A stretch of 64,000 nt of DNA from Terriglobia bacterium (GTDB lineage: Bacteria > Acidobacteriota > Polarisedimenticolia > Polarisedimenticolales > JAIQFR01): NCBI GenBank assembly GCA_963748015.1, contig CAVVHE010000005.1, positions 448,001-512,000 on the forward strand. The letters run 5' to 3'. This document shows, one piece after another, positions 35,781 to 46,158 of this stretch. Each line of letters starts with the position of its first letter. Position 1 is the stretch's first letter. Under the pieces are notes generated by a model, which saw nothing but the letters and a program-made list of their open reading frames with translations, was not told the origin of the DNA and ran no database searches. The position numbers and the translations under genes were made by a program.

Positions 35781-36133
35781 CGACGCTTCTCCTCCACGAG
35801 ACCGTGCGGTTCTCCTTCTCCCATCGGAAGGACGCGAAGGCAGGAAGGGTCCTTCCCGATCAAGGCGACCTCCATCCTAATCTGGCGCGAGTTCACCTTC
35901 CCACCGCCCGGCGGCCGACTTGACTCACGTCAAACATGGTCCCAAACGCCCCGAATCGCTACCCCGCGTGCACTCGGGGACGTCGTCGCCAAGAAGCTGG
36001 GAATGAATCCGCTGCTGCGCCAACTTCGGCCGGGAAGCTCGCGTCGCGCTTCATTCTTGACGGATTCCAGGCCGCCACGGTCGTCCGCGTCGGCTGGGCA
36101 GGGTGCCGGAGGGGCCTCCGCAGGTGTGACGTG

Positions 36134-36802
36134 TCACGCCCCGCGAAAACCGAGGACCGCTTTCCGCGCGTAGAACGCCTCCGCGTATCCCGTCGGCGAG
36201 GCGCATTCCACGCCCCGCAGCCTCATCAGGCCGAGGAAGACCTCCTCGGTGAACCAGTGCTTGTCGCGCTGCGACGGGAACGACGAAAGGACCAGGCTTG
36301 ACTTCCGCCGCGCGGTCTTGCCGCTCGCCGGTACGAAGAAGTTCGGCGTGCCCAGGTCGCCGTCGTACTTCGGCACCTCGTACTCGAGCACGAGGTGGTC
36401 GCGGAACGTGTTCCACGTGAGGTCGGAGACCAGCCGGTGGTCCTGGTGCCGGTCGTCGCGGTAGTGGGTGAAGACGACGTCGGGAGAGACCTCGCGTTTC
36501 AGCTTCTCGAAGAAGTCCTTGATCTCGGCCCCCACGAACGGGAAGTAGCCGTTCCGGAACCCCTTCACGACGACATTGGCGCCGGGGCGGCGGCCGAGAA
36601 AGCGCGCCGCGCTCCTCCGGGCCTCTTTCCCGCGCTGCCCCTCGGAGCTCAGCACGACCCAGTGCACCACAGCGCGAGGATGCTCCGCGAGCAGGCCGAG
36701 CACGGTCGCCCCGCATCCGATCTCGATGTCGTCGGAGTGCGCTCCGAGGCAGAGAATCTCGAGGCGCTTTCCTGCGCCCGGCCCGAGCCTGAACGACAGC
36801 AT
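36134..36802 (-). CDS. PIG-L/LmbE family deacetylase
   Basis: GAHSDDIEIGCG, DRHQDH, YEVPKYDGDLG. Confidence 0.9.
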   Translation of the reverse strand: MLSFRLGPGAGKRLEILCLGAHSDDIEIGCGATVLGLLAEHPRAVVHWVVLSSEGQRGKEARRSAARFLGRRPGANVVVKGFRNGYFPFVGAEIKDFFEKLKREVSPDVVFTHYRDDRHQDHRLVSDLTWNTFRDHLVLEYEVPKYDGDLGTPNFFVPASGKTARRKSSLVLSSFPSQRDKHWFTEEVFLGLMRLRGVECASPTGYAEAFYARKAVLGFRGA

Positions 36803-36806
36803 CGTC

Positions 36807-37613
36807 CTACCCCCCCGCTCGCGACCCGTTCTTGCGGTCGTACTTCCAGATCTCCCACGGGACGTCGCCCCCTTCGTACACCTCGTCCAGGCGCTGTTTG
36901 TCCTTGAAGGTGTCCAGGGCCATCCAGAAGCCGTCGTAGGGATAGGCGATCAGCTCTCCGGCGGTCATCAGGCGGCGGAACGGCTCGAGGACCAGGTCTT
37001 CCCCGTTGCGAATGTAGCGGAAGATCTCGCTCTTGAAGACGAAGTACCCGCCGTTGATCCTGACGTCCGAGGTGTCGACGCCCTTGATCGCGGTCACGCG
37101 GCCGCCGGAGTCGAGCGAGACGAAGTGGACGCTCAGGTTGGGCTTGACGCAGACGAAGCTCGCGATCTTGTTCCGCGCGTGGAAGTCGTCGATCATCGCG
37201 TTGAGGGGCAGGTCGGTCAGCCCGTCGCTGTAGTTGACGAGGAACTCCTCCTCGCCCTCGAGATGGCTCTCGACCGCCTTCAAGCGCTGGCCGAGATTGG
37301 AGTTGATCCCCGTGTCCACGAAGGTGATCCGCCAGTCCGCGATGTCGGCCCCGAGCAGCTCGACGTTCTTGCCTCCGCCCGAGATCACGAAGTCGTTGGA
37401 GAGGCACTCGTCGTAGTGCAGGAAGTAGTTCTTGATCAGATCGCTGCGGTAGCCGAGGCAGAGGATGAAGTCCTTGTGCCCGAAGTGGGCGTAGTACTTC
37501 ATGACGTGCCAGAGGATCGGACGGTGGCCGATCGGGATCATCGGCTTGGGTATGTTGTCGGCGTACTCGCGGACCCGCATCCCGAGACCGCCGCAGAACA
37601 GGACGACTTTCAC
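36807..37613 (-). CDS. rfbF: Glucose-1-phosphate cytidylyltransferase-like
   Basis: MKVVLFCGGLGMR, PKPMIPIG, NYSDG, INGGYFV, GFWMALDT. Confidence 0.8.
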   Translation of the reverse strand: MKVVLFCGGLGMRVREYADNIPKPMIPIGHRPILWHVMKYYAHFGHKDFILCLGYRSDLIKNYFLHYDECLSNDFVISGGGKNVELLGADIADWRITFVDTGINSNLGQRLKAVESHLEGEEEFLVNYSDGLTDLPLNAMIDDFHARNKIASFVCVKPNLSVHFVSLDSGGRVTAIKGVDTSDVRINGGYFVFKSEIFRYIRNGEDLVLEPFRRLMTAGELIAYPYDGFWMALDTFKDKQRLDEVYEGGDVPWEIWKYDRKNGSRAGG

Positions 37614-37707
37614 GGTTCACCTCTCGGGCGCCGCCGGCGCCCCCCGCCAAATGTCTCGCCCGGGCGTCCCGCTGTCAAGAAAGCGCGCCGCCGCCGGGCC
37701 GCGCGCG

Positions 37708-39018
37708 TCAGGAGGTCTTCGCCCTGAGGGCCTTCTCCGCCGCCTTCTCCCCGCTCTTGAAGCTCTCGTCGGTCCACATGTACCCCCAGTCCCCGTAGCG
37801 CCCGCAGTAGGCGATACCGACGCTGTCGAGGTAGCCGTGGACCGTCTCGAGCGCCTTGGCGCGCTCGAGGTCGAAGATGACGTTGGCGTGCCGAACGACC
37901 GTCGCGTTGCGGTGCAGGATGCGGTCGTCCTCGCGCAGGAGGCCGCAGCGGCGGAGATCCGCGATCACCGGCTCGATCCAGTCGTCGGGAGACCCGGTGA
38001 ACGGCCGGTACTTGGGGGAGAAGTAGACCTCGGCCTGGATGCTGCCCGTCCCCGCGGGGACGTTCCTCGCGGAGAGCATGTGGGGGAAGCTCAGGCGCGT
38101 GAAGCAGATGTCCTCGTCGTAGAAGTAGGTCATGTGGGCGGGGGAGAGGTCCTCCCGGGCCACGCCCACGTTGACCAGCACGCACGTCGAGCAGGCGAGG
38201 CGCCCCGCGGCGGCCACGACGTCGGCCGGAGCGCCGGGGATCATGCGCACCAGCTCCGGCAGGGGGACCGAGGAGACGAGCCCGTCGTAGCGGTCCTCGT
38301 GCCCGTTGGCGAAGACGAGGCGCCGCGCCGCGGGATCGACCGACACCACCTCGTGGCCGAGCCGGATGTTCCCCATCGGGACGAACTTCTTCAGGTACGA
38401 GACGAATCCTCCCTCGGTGGGATAGCGGAAGTGGGTGATGTAGTGGGTGTGCGCCGCGGCCTTCGAGAGCGCGCCGCGCAGCACCTCCTCGAGGCTCGGC
38501 CGGTAGATGCGCGGTCCGAGCCAGTCCGTGCTCATGTTGTCGGCCGTGGTGAGGTGGTACTTCCGCGCGTACGGCATCGGGAAGGTCTCGGAGAACGTCT
38601 TGCCGAAGCTCGCGTAGAGCCAGTCCGCGTAGTTGCGTATCGGACGCTCCGGCGCCTGCTGCTCCTCCACGAAATCCGTGATGATCTTCACGACCAGGTC
38701 GTCCGGAAGGCCGTGGAGGTGGAGCTGGACCGGATGGGTGGGCCAGTACCCGCGCCAGTAGTTGTTCAGGTTGATCTGGACGGTCTCGTACCGGTGATCC
38801 ACGCTCTCCGCCAGCAGCTCCTGGATGCGCTCGTCCTTCGTGAACGAGATGTGCGGTCCCAGGTCGAACAGGAAGCCGGTCTCGTGGAGGAACGACGCCG
38901 TGTGGCCGCCGTGGTAGCCGTTCTTGTCGTAGAGGGTCGGCGTCATCCCCTCGGCATGGAGGCGGTAGGCCGCGCCGAGCCCCCCCATTCCCGTTCCCAG
39001 GACGATGATGTTCGGCAT
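37708..39018 (-). CDS. FAD-dependent oxidoreductase (UDP-galactopyranose mutase/HemY-like fold)
   Basis: GTGMGGL dinucleotide motif, GGHTAS, FDLGPH, FRYP..GGF, CGRYGDWGY. Confidence 0.8.
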   Translation of the reverse strand: MPNIIVLGTGMGGLGAAYRLHAEGMTPTLYDKNGYHGGHTASFLHETGFLFDLGPHISFTKDERIQELLAESVDHRYETVQINLNNYWRGYWPTHPVQLHLHGLPDDLVVKIITDFVEEQQAPERPIRNYADWLYASFGKTFSETFPMPYARKYHLTTADNMSTDWLGPRIYRPSLEEVLRGALSKAAAHTHYITHFRYPTEGGFVSYLKKFVPMGNIRLGHEVVSVDPAARRLVFANGHEDRYDGLVSSVPLPELVRMIPGAPADVVAAAGRLACSTCVLVNVGVAREDLSPAHMTYFYDEDICFTRLSFPHMLSARNVPAGTGSIQAEVYFSPKYRPFTGSPDDWIEPVIADLRRCGLLREDDRILHRNATVVRHANVIFDLERAKALETVHGYLDSVGIAYCGRYGDWGYMWTDESFKSGEKAAEKALRAKTS

Positions 39019-39028
39019 GCTCGCCTCC

Positions 39029-40336
39029 CTACTTCGTCTTCGACGGCAGCGCCGCCTCGAGGGGCCATCGCGCGCTCTGCTCTTTCCAGAGCGCGTCGGA
39101 CAGCCGGCCCTGCGGCAGCTCCACGTCGTCGAAAGAGACGACCGCGTCCTTCGCGACGTCCCGCCGCAGGACGCCCCCCTCCGAAAGGCCGATCGGCAGG
39201 GCCGACATGGACCGCGCCGCGGAGGCGTTGTCGATGAGGCCGTAGGTGCAGAAACCTCCGATCCCGTCGAGTCGCTCGCCCGTCTTGAGGTCGCGCTTGG
39301 CGACGGCCACGACCTCGCAGACCGGTCCCCCGATCGGCGCGACCGTCGGATCGTGATGCACCGCCACCCGGCCGATCGTCGAGGCGATCTGGATGTGGGG
39401 TAGGTGGAACGGCGTGTAGAAGACGTAGAACGGTCCGTCGCCGAGCTTGTAGTAGGCCAGCTGCGCCTTCTTGAGAGGGGATTCCTCGTGAACGACCACG
39501 AACGCGCCGGTGTGCGGCGCGGCGCCGAGGGCGTAGTCCACGATCCCCGTCTCGAGCATCGGCCCGGCGGGAAGGAGGTGCGCCATGTCCCGGACGTTCT
39601 CGCACGCCGGACCGAACATGCCGCGGCGGCCGACCCGGAACCCGGTGGCGTTGGCCAGGACCGTCGTCTCCATCGAGAGCTTCGTGGCGTCCGCGAACGA
39701 CGTCACCTTCCGGGCGTCCTGGTCGTTCCTCTCGGCGAAGGCCCGCTGGGTCTCCGGCGTCCGGTAGTAGTCCACCATCCCCTTGATGTTGCCGGCGGCG
39801 ACGGGACGGAGCCCGAGCGAGCGGAGATACCTGAGGAGGGTCATCGCGACCCCGGGCTCGTCGCCGTCGGTGTTGGTGATCACCAACCCGGCGCGGTCCG
39901 CCTTCTCCTTCAGGATCGGGCCGAGCAGCGAGTCCAGCTCTGCGTTGACGATGACGACGTTCTTCCCGTGATCGAACGCGTCGAGCACGATGCCCGCGGC
40001 CGGCTCCACGGTCCCCGTGACCTCCACGAGGACGTCGATGGCATCGCAGGCGACGAGCGCTCCCGGGTCCTCCGCGAGGACCGGGATCCCGCGGGAGATC
40101 GCGGCCTCCGCCTCGCGGGCGGACTCGACCCGCCGCCACCCCTCGATGCCCGCCTCCCGGAACGCTCGCTCGGCGTGCTGCGGCGTCCGGTTGGCGATGG
40201 CGACGAGGCGGATGCCGGGCGCGGGCGTCCCGAGCTGCAGCGCGATGGCGCGCCCCGTGGCCCCCGCTCCGATCATTCCGACCCTGACGGGCCGGCCATC
40301 CAACTCACGCTCCCGAAGAGCGGTATCCGTGTTCAT
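39029..40336 (-). CDS. NAD(P)-dependent oxidoreductase, homoserine-dehydrogenase-like with C-terminal SAF domain
   Basis: GMIGAGATG, NAELD..GPIL, GDEPG, ANATG, AKRDLKTGERLDGIGG. Confidence 0.85.
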   Translation of the reverse strand: MNTDTALRERELDGRPVRVGMIGAGATGRAIALQLGTPAPGIRLVAIANRTPQHAERAFREAGIEGWRRVESAREAEAAISRGIPVLAEDPGALVACDAIDVLVEVTGTVEPAAGIVLDAFDHGKNVVIVNAELDSLLGPILKEKADRAGLVITNTDGDEPGVAMTLLRYLRSLGLRPVAAGNIKGMVDYYRTPETQRAFAERNDQDARKVTSFADATKLSMETTVLANATGFRVGRRGMFGPACENVRDMAHLLPAGPMLETGIVDYALGAAPHTGAFVVVHEESPLKKAQLAYYKLGDGPFYVFYTPFHLPHIQIASTIGRVAVHHDPTVAPIGGPVCEVVAVAKRDLKTGERLDGIGGFCTYGLIDNASAARSMSALPIGLSEGGVLRRDVAKDAVVSFDDVELPQGRLSDALWKEQSARWPLEAALPSKTK

Positions 40337-40351
40337 GTCGTATGCAACCTC

Positions 40352-40883
40352 TCACCGCTCGAAGAGCGGCCAGCCGAGATCCTGTTCGGAAACCACCGTG
40401 GCCGGAAGCGGCCACGCGATGGAAAACGCCGGGTCGTCGAACCTGCACGCCGGTCGCGGACGCCGGGGCGTAGAACGCCGACGTCATGTAGTGCATCTCC
40501 GTGTCGTCTTCGAGGGTCTGGTAGCCGTGCGCGCAGAGCTCGGGCAGCAACAGCATCCGGCCGTTCTCCGCGGTCAGCTCCTCCCCCCACCATTTCCCGA
40601 ACGACGGCGAGCCCGGACGGAGGTCGAGCGCGACGTCGAACATGGCTCCCCGCGTGCACCGGACCAGCTTGGCCTCGAGCGCGGGCGCCGCCTGGAAGTG
40701 CATGCCCCGGATCGTTCCCCGGCACCGGCTGAAGCCCATGTTCGCCTGGACGGGGGCGAAGCGGATGCCGTGCTCCTCGAACTCCCGCGCGCACCAGGCC
40801 CGCATGAACCGGCCGCGCTCGTCCTGGTGCGGCGACGGATCGATCACCCAAGCGCCCGCGAGGGCGGTTTCCCTGAAACGCAC
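40352..40883 (-). CDS. rfbC: dTDP/CDP-4-keto-6-deoxyhexose 3,5-epimerase (RfbC/RmlC family), 1-nt frameshift near 40445
   Basis: DERGRFMR, GTIRGMHFQ, KLVRCTRG, AHGYQTL; the tail FDDPAFSIAWPLP..SEQD lies in another frame ending at 40352. Confidence 0.85.
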
Positions 40884-40906
40884 GACGCTCCCCTACTTCC
40901 GCTCGG

Positions 40907-41987
40907 TCAACGAAGCCCAAGCAGATTCTCGTAGCGCTCGATCTGGGCCATCGTGACCGCGCGAAGGTCCCGGCCCTCGCGATGCGCCCGGTACCACTCG
41001 ACGATCCAGGGAATCGCTTCCTCGAGCCGCAGGCGCGGCGACCACTCTAGGCGCGACCGGGCCTTCGAGATGTCCAGCTTGAGGAGATGGGCTTCGTGGG
41101 GATGCGCTCCCCCGTCGGTCTCCCAGCGCGCCCCCTCGCCCCACATCGTCGAGATGCGCTCGACGATCCAGGACACGGGGCGGGCGTCCTCCTCGTACGG
41201 GCCGAAGTTCCACCCCTCCGCGAACGCCGTTCCGTCGGCGTGCAGGCTCTCCGCGAGCGACAGGTAGCCGCGGAGCGCTTCCAGCACGAACTGCCAGGGC
41301 CGGACGGCGTGCGGGTTCCGGATGCGCACCGGCTTGCCGGCGGCGAAGGACCGCATGATGTCCGGGATGAGCTGGTCCTGGGTCCAGTCGCCGCCGCCGA
41401 CGACGTTGCCCGCCCGGCCGGTGGCTACCGCGATGCCCGGCTGCGCCGCCCCCTCGCCGGTGAAGTACGACTGCCGGTAGGCGGCGGTGACCAGCTCGGA
41501 GCAGGCCTTGCTGTTCGAGTACGGATCGTGCCCGCCCAGGGGCTCCGACTCCCGGTAGCCCCACACCTGGTTCCGGTTCTCGTAGCACTTGTCGCTGGTG
41601 ACGTTCACCACGACGCAAGGCCTTCCGACCTCGCCGCAGCGCCTCCAGGAGGTGGACCGTGCCCATCACGTTGGTCGCGTAGGTCTCGACCGGGTGCTCG
41701 TAGGAGTATCGGACGACCGACTGGGCCGCCATGTGGATCACGATCTCGGGCCGCGCCGCGGCCACGGCGCGCTTCAGGGCGTCGAGGTCGCGCACGTCGC
41801 CGTTGACGGACTCGATCCCCCTTGCGACGCCCGCGAGCTCGAACAGGCTCGGGTCCGTCGGGGGAGGGAGGGCGTAGCCGGTCACTTCCGCTCCCAGCGA
41901 CTCGAGCCAGAGAGAGAGCCAGCTCCCCTTGAAGCCCGTGTGACCGGTCAGCAGGACGCGCTTTCCCTTCCAGTAACTTCGGTTCAT
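40907..41987 (-). CDS. rfbG: CDP-glucose 4,6-dehydratase, frameshifted near 41620-41640
   Basis: TGHTGFKGSWL, HMAAQSVV, then VTSDKCYEN, DPYSNSK, RAGNVVGGGD, RPWQ in a second frame. Confidence 0.9.
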
Positions 41988-42210
41988 CGTGGGTGTCGCG
42001 ACCTCATCAGGAGGGCGGGCCCGAGCCGCCCGCCGCGGGTGGCTGCGCACTAGTCCTCGGTGAGAGCCGCCCGCGCGATCATATCGCAATTTTCGTGCAA
42101 CTTCCCGGGTGTCTCATCGGCCCGGCGGGCCTCGACTTGAGCCGCCGGAGTACGCGGGAGCTTTCTGCCCGCGAAAGGAGACGCTCGGCCTTCGGGGAGC
42201 CCGAGGCTCG

Positions 42211-44076
42211 TCACGCCGGCCCACGCTCGCCGAGCACCTCGTACACCTTGAATTTCCGACCGCTGCCCACCAGCTTGAAGGCCTCTGGGTACGCGTCGAG
42301 CATCTTGTCGAAACACACCTGGTCGGAAGGCTGGTAGTAGGACTGAGCCCGCTGAACGACGAGGACATGGCTCACTTGACGCTTGCGGATTCCCTCCAGC
42401 AGCACGGCAGGCCTCGAGATCGGCGGGAACCAGAAGACGCGCCGGTGCGCGTGGTAGTAGACGATCGCGTAGTGGCTCGCCAGCACGATCGCGCCCGGCG
42501 GCGTGTGAGCCGCGATCCACTTGGCCCCTTCGACGTCGGGTGGGCTGATCTCGTCGGCGGTGAGATGCAGGTTGTGCCACCCCTCCTTGACCTCCTGCGA
42601 AAGGCCGACCGCGACGAGGAAGAGCGCCAGAACGAATCCCACCGCCGCTAGGCGGGGGCGGGTACGATCGAGCCAGTGCTGCAGCTTGTCGGGTCTCTCG
42701 GCGGTGAAGGGAAGACGCCCGCTCCACGCGATCCACGCCGAAACGACGGTGGCGACCGACCAGAACAGCGCCGAAAGATCCGCCTGCATGCGGCCGCTGG
42801 CGACGTCTGCGCTCCGGAGCCCGAAGGCACAGAGAGCGGAGTGGATTCCGAGCGGAACCGCGAGGGCGAGCGTGCAGATGGCCCCCCATCGGGGTCTCCT
42901 CGCGAACAACCTGCGGACCGCCTGCGCCCCGCGCCAGACGTAGACGAGAGCGAACGGGGTCGTCGGCATCAGGAAACGAAACTCGAACGCCCACGACCAC
43001 AGGAGGAACGCCGCCTCGGCACCAAGGAAGTACCAGTCCATGAGACGGCCGCCGGTTCGCCACAACGAGTAGGCCACGCCGATCAGCGCCAAGACGATGA
43101 TCCCGGCGATCGCGGGCGATGACCACAGCGAGTCGATCCAATGGTGGGCCAGGATCTCGCTCACTCCCTCGGCGCCGTCGCGGAGATTGCGTCCCACGCG
43201 AAAGAGCCAGTCGCCGGCGGAGGCTCTTCCCAGCTCGGGGAAGTTGCCGAGCTTCAGGGTCATCTGGGACAGGTAGGACGCGGGATAACCCGGTAGCGGC
43301 CAATCCGACGACGTGGGAGCAAGGTGCATCCACCAGCCTTGGCAGCCAACGCCGACGATGAATACGGGAACGAAGGTCCGGAGGCGCGTCGCGGCGCGCG
43401 GGCGGTCGAGGACGAACGACGCCGCCATCCAGGCCGCCAGGCCGATCACGAGGGCGATGCCTCTCGACTCGATCATGAGGGCGGCGAGCACGAGGAGCGT
43501 CGTGAGAAACGCCCAAAGCGCCCGGGGAAGCCGCCGGGACGAGCGGTCCGCGGTTCTCGCGAAGAGCAGTGCGGCCGACGCCGCAAGGATGTAGGGATAG
43601 CAGGGGACGACAACCTCAGCGGCATAGAAGAAGAACCACTCGGAAGAGGCGAGAAGCAGGCAAACGGCCGCCGCCAGCGGGCGACTCTCCTCGCGCTTCA
43701 GCAGTTCGTACGTGACAATCAGGCCAGCCGTCCCGAAGACGGCCATGGCGCCGAGCAGGATCGAATAGCTACTGCCGAACAGCGCGGAGATCGCCGCGAT
43801 GATGACGGGCAGGCCGGGGGGCTGCACGAGTTCCGGGTTGCCGTCGAATCCGTGAAGTCCGTGCCGCAGCATCGACATGCCGCGCTCGGCGTATCCGTAG
43901 TCGTCGCAGTAGAAGTCGGACCTGCGGTGCAACAAGACCGCCAGCGTTCCGAATCCCAGGATCAACGTGTAGACCAAGAAGTCCAGTCTTCGGCCGGTCC
44001 ACCCGCCCTGCCTAGATTCCGCGGAAGCCCGCTCCCACCGAAGACGGCCTAGCAGGATTCGGAGCTTGGAGAGCAT
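42211..44076 (-). CDS. Polytopic membrane GT-C-fold glycosyltransferase (ArnT/PMT-like)
   Basis: DDYGY, PPGLP N-terminal loop, many TM segments, RFLMP, C-terminal WIAAHTPPGAIV. Confidence 0.7.
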   Translation of the reverse strand: MLSKLRILLGRLRWERASAESRQGGWTGRRLDFLVYTLILGFGTLAVLLHRRSDFYCDDYGYAERGMSMLRHGLHGFDGNPELVQPPGLPVIIAAISALFGSSYSILLGAMAVFGTAGLIVTYELLKREESRPLAAAVCLLLASSEWFFFYAAEVVVPCYPYILAASAALLFARTADRSSRRLPRALWAFLTTLLVLAALMIESRGIALVIGLAAWMAASFVLDRPRAATRLRTFVPVFIVGVGCQGWWMHLAPTSSDWPLPGYPASYLSQMTLKLGNFPELGRASAGDWLFRVGRNLRDGAEGVSEILAHHWIDSLWSSPAIAGIIVLALIGVAYSLWRTGGRLMDWYFLGAEAAFLLWSWAFEFRFLMPTTPFALVYVWRGAQAVRRLFARRPRWGAICTLALAVPLGIHSALCAFGLRSADVASGRMQADLSALFWSVATVVSAWIAWSGRLPFTAERPDKLQHWLDRTRPRLAAVGFVLALFLVAVGLSQEVKEGWHNLHLTADEISPPDVEGAKWIAAHTPPGAIVLASHYAIVYYHAHRRVFWFPPISRPAVLLEGIRKRQVSHVLVVQRAQSYYQPSDQVCFDKMLDAYPEAFKLVGSGRKFKVYEVLGERGPA

Positions 44077-44323
44077 CGGATTCTCCTTCCGACACGTCTC
44101 GATCACTCCCGTCGGAGTACGCGCCGAGGCGCCCCGCGCGCGCGCCAGCACGGACAGCCTCGGGCCGGCCCGCCCCCCCAGGGCGCGTGCCACGATGCCG
44201 ATGATTGTAACCCCACGTTCTTCCTGGGGGTCAACTCGCGTCCGGTGCCGTCCGGGATGGAACCCGCCGTCTCAGGTGCATCCGCCCCCTCGACGAGCGC
44301 ATTACGAAGCTTCGCACTTCGCG

Positions 44324-45592
44324 TCAGTCTCCGTCTTTCTCAAGCCAAGCGCCGCGCCAGAACAACGGCTCGTACTGGGCGTTGAACTCTTGTCGCTCCC
44401 CCGAGAAGTGTACGTCGCGCAGAATGTAGGCTGCCGTCTTCATTGTCCGCAGTTCACCTGTGACGATATCGATGAGCTTCTTGACCTCGGATTCGACGCG
44501 ATATCGACGACCACAGTGCTTCAACATATCCAGCTCGAACCCCAGTCCTCGGTGAACAAGCTGGCCGTTGAGCGTCGCCCGAATCTCGGCGGACGACCTG
44601 ACGACGACTCGATCACCCGCCTCCACACGAGCCTCGTCGCGTGTTCCAGCAGCAGGCACGGCAACCCCAAACTCAGGGAAACCGACTCCTTGACGCAGGT
44701 GCTGCAGCTCGTTGAAGAGGTTCGTCAGCCATCCGACGATGAACGCGGCCGGTGCCACATTCCCAGCGACGAGCGGCCGCACGAAATTGATCGCGCTCCA
44801 ATCCCCGATCGGCCGCGACGCCGCGTGAAGCTGTGTCAGCTGACAGGCGTAGTGAGGCCCTTGGGTGCCGAACTGCAGAACGGACGCGTCCTTCAGCGGA
44901 TCTGACAGATCGGACGATACCGGCGCCCCTGCGGTGTCGTTAATCCGATCGATTCTTCGAATCCAGGCCGACTTCCAAATCGTATGACACGCAGCCTCAC
45001 AACTTCCGTGATCCGAACCGCCGCACATCATCCCGACCAACAATACGGCGCCATCCATGTGCCGCATGCGGCGAGTTTTCCTGTAGTCGAACAGTCGATG
45101 CATGCACCGGAATACGTGCGCGCGCTGGCCGCACATCGGGAGCATCTCTCGCATGAAAGGCAATTGCTCCAGACACCCGCGTTCATCAAGCGTTGCGCGT
45201 ACTTCGGCCCATGGCTTGATCTCAACCAGGTCTCCTACGACGAAGTCATGTCCCAACACGCGCCGCGCAAGCCAGCGACGCGTGCGACTTACGTGCACGG
45301 CTGCTGCTGCCGTGATTGCTTCAGGTTCGCGGGAACGGTTCAGGTCGAGAAAGAGATCCCGCTCGCCACGTGCGGCACGTTTGTGCCGGACGATCACGAC
45401 CGCACCCGCACACGCAAGAGTGGCGGACCCGAGCGCGACGAGCACGCTCAGGGTGGCGACGACGGCCCCGAGGATCCTCGGAAGCCCATGGTGCGCAAGG
45501 AGAGCGAACAGCAGCGCCACTAGAACGAGCGCCAGACACGCGACCGTCGTCTTTGCGTAGCTGCGGAGTACGAGGTTGGAATGACAGCTCAC
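44324..45592 (-). CDS. Hypothetical protein with two tandem SH3-like Cys-containing domains and an N-terminal TM anchor
   Basis: Repeat 1 VGDLVEIK..RATLD..FMREM..CGQR..C..C..C..WK..W; repeat 2 AGDRVVVRS..RATLN..FELDM..CGRR..FWRGAWL. Confidence 0.7.
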   Translation of the reverse strand: MSCHSNLVLRSYAKTTVACLALVLVALLFALLAHHGLPRILGAVVATLSVLVALGSATLACAGAVVIVRHKRAARGERDLFLDLNRSREPEAITAAAAVHVSRTRRWLARRVLGHDFVVGDLVEIKPWAEVRATLDERGCLEQLPFMREMLPMCGQRAHVFRCMHRLFDYRKTRRMRHMDGAVLLVGMMCGGSDHGSCEAACHTIWKSAWIRRIDRINDTAGAPVSSDLSDPLKDASVLQFGTQGPHYACQLTQLHAASRPIGDWSAINFVRPLVAGNVAPAAFIVGWLTNLFNELQHLRQGVGFPEFGVAVPAAGTRDEARVEAGDRVVVRSSAEIRATLNGQLVHRGLGFELDMLKHCGRRYRVESEVKKLIDIVTGELRTMKTAAYILRDVHFSGERQEFNAQYEPLFWRGAWLEKDGD

Positions 45593-46095
45593 GATTCCAG
45601 CGAGTCAGCACGGTGGCTGTGAAACAATGTCCATTCATCACGATCGTTCGCGCTCACGTCCTTTCCCGCTCCTGTGAGTCGTCGCAGGAAGGCAGCCCGA
45701 TCGACGATTCGCGTCCGGTCGACTTCGATTTCACGCAACTTCCAGCGATCGCGCCGCAAAGGTCCAACATCCACCGTTCTGGCGGCATGGGTATCGTACC
45801 GGCCCAATCCGTGCCAACAGAAGCGATCGAGGGCGCGACTCAGCCTCTCGCTCGGCCGCTTCTCGAACCACGCGACCCGCGAACGCGAGTGTCCGGCGAA
45901 CCGATGGCCCGCGACGATCCTCTTGCGCTCCTTGCGAGCGGCGACGCCGGCGAGCCACTCGCCGGGAAGCTCCCGCCCGAACATGCCGCTGATACCGAGC
46001 GGAACGCTTGGGGGAGAAGCAGTCCCCTTCTCGTGCGGGGTGCGGGCATGTCTGGCGGTGAGTCTCCTGCTGAGGGAGTACTTTGGACTTATCAT
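45589..46095 (-). pseudogene. Fragment resembling the C-terminus of the FkbM methyltransferase at 58879
   Basis: SGMFGRELPGEWL..RIVAGHRFAG..YDTHA aligns by eye with SGLFGEELPGEWM..KIVMGYRLAG..WYDTHA; no SAM-binding N-terminus. Confidence 0.6.
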
Positions 46096-46158
46096 AGCCG
46101 AGCTTGCGAATTAGCACGACGGCTCATTCACGCGTCTCGCGCCGTCCAAGGCAAGTCT

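Noticed and set aside
40352..41987. Programmed ribosomal frameshifting in rfbC/rfbG
   Set aside because: No slippery heptamer or homopolymer tract at the shift points; sequencing indels are the simpler explanation
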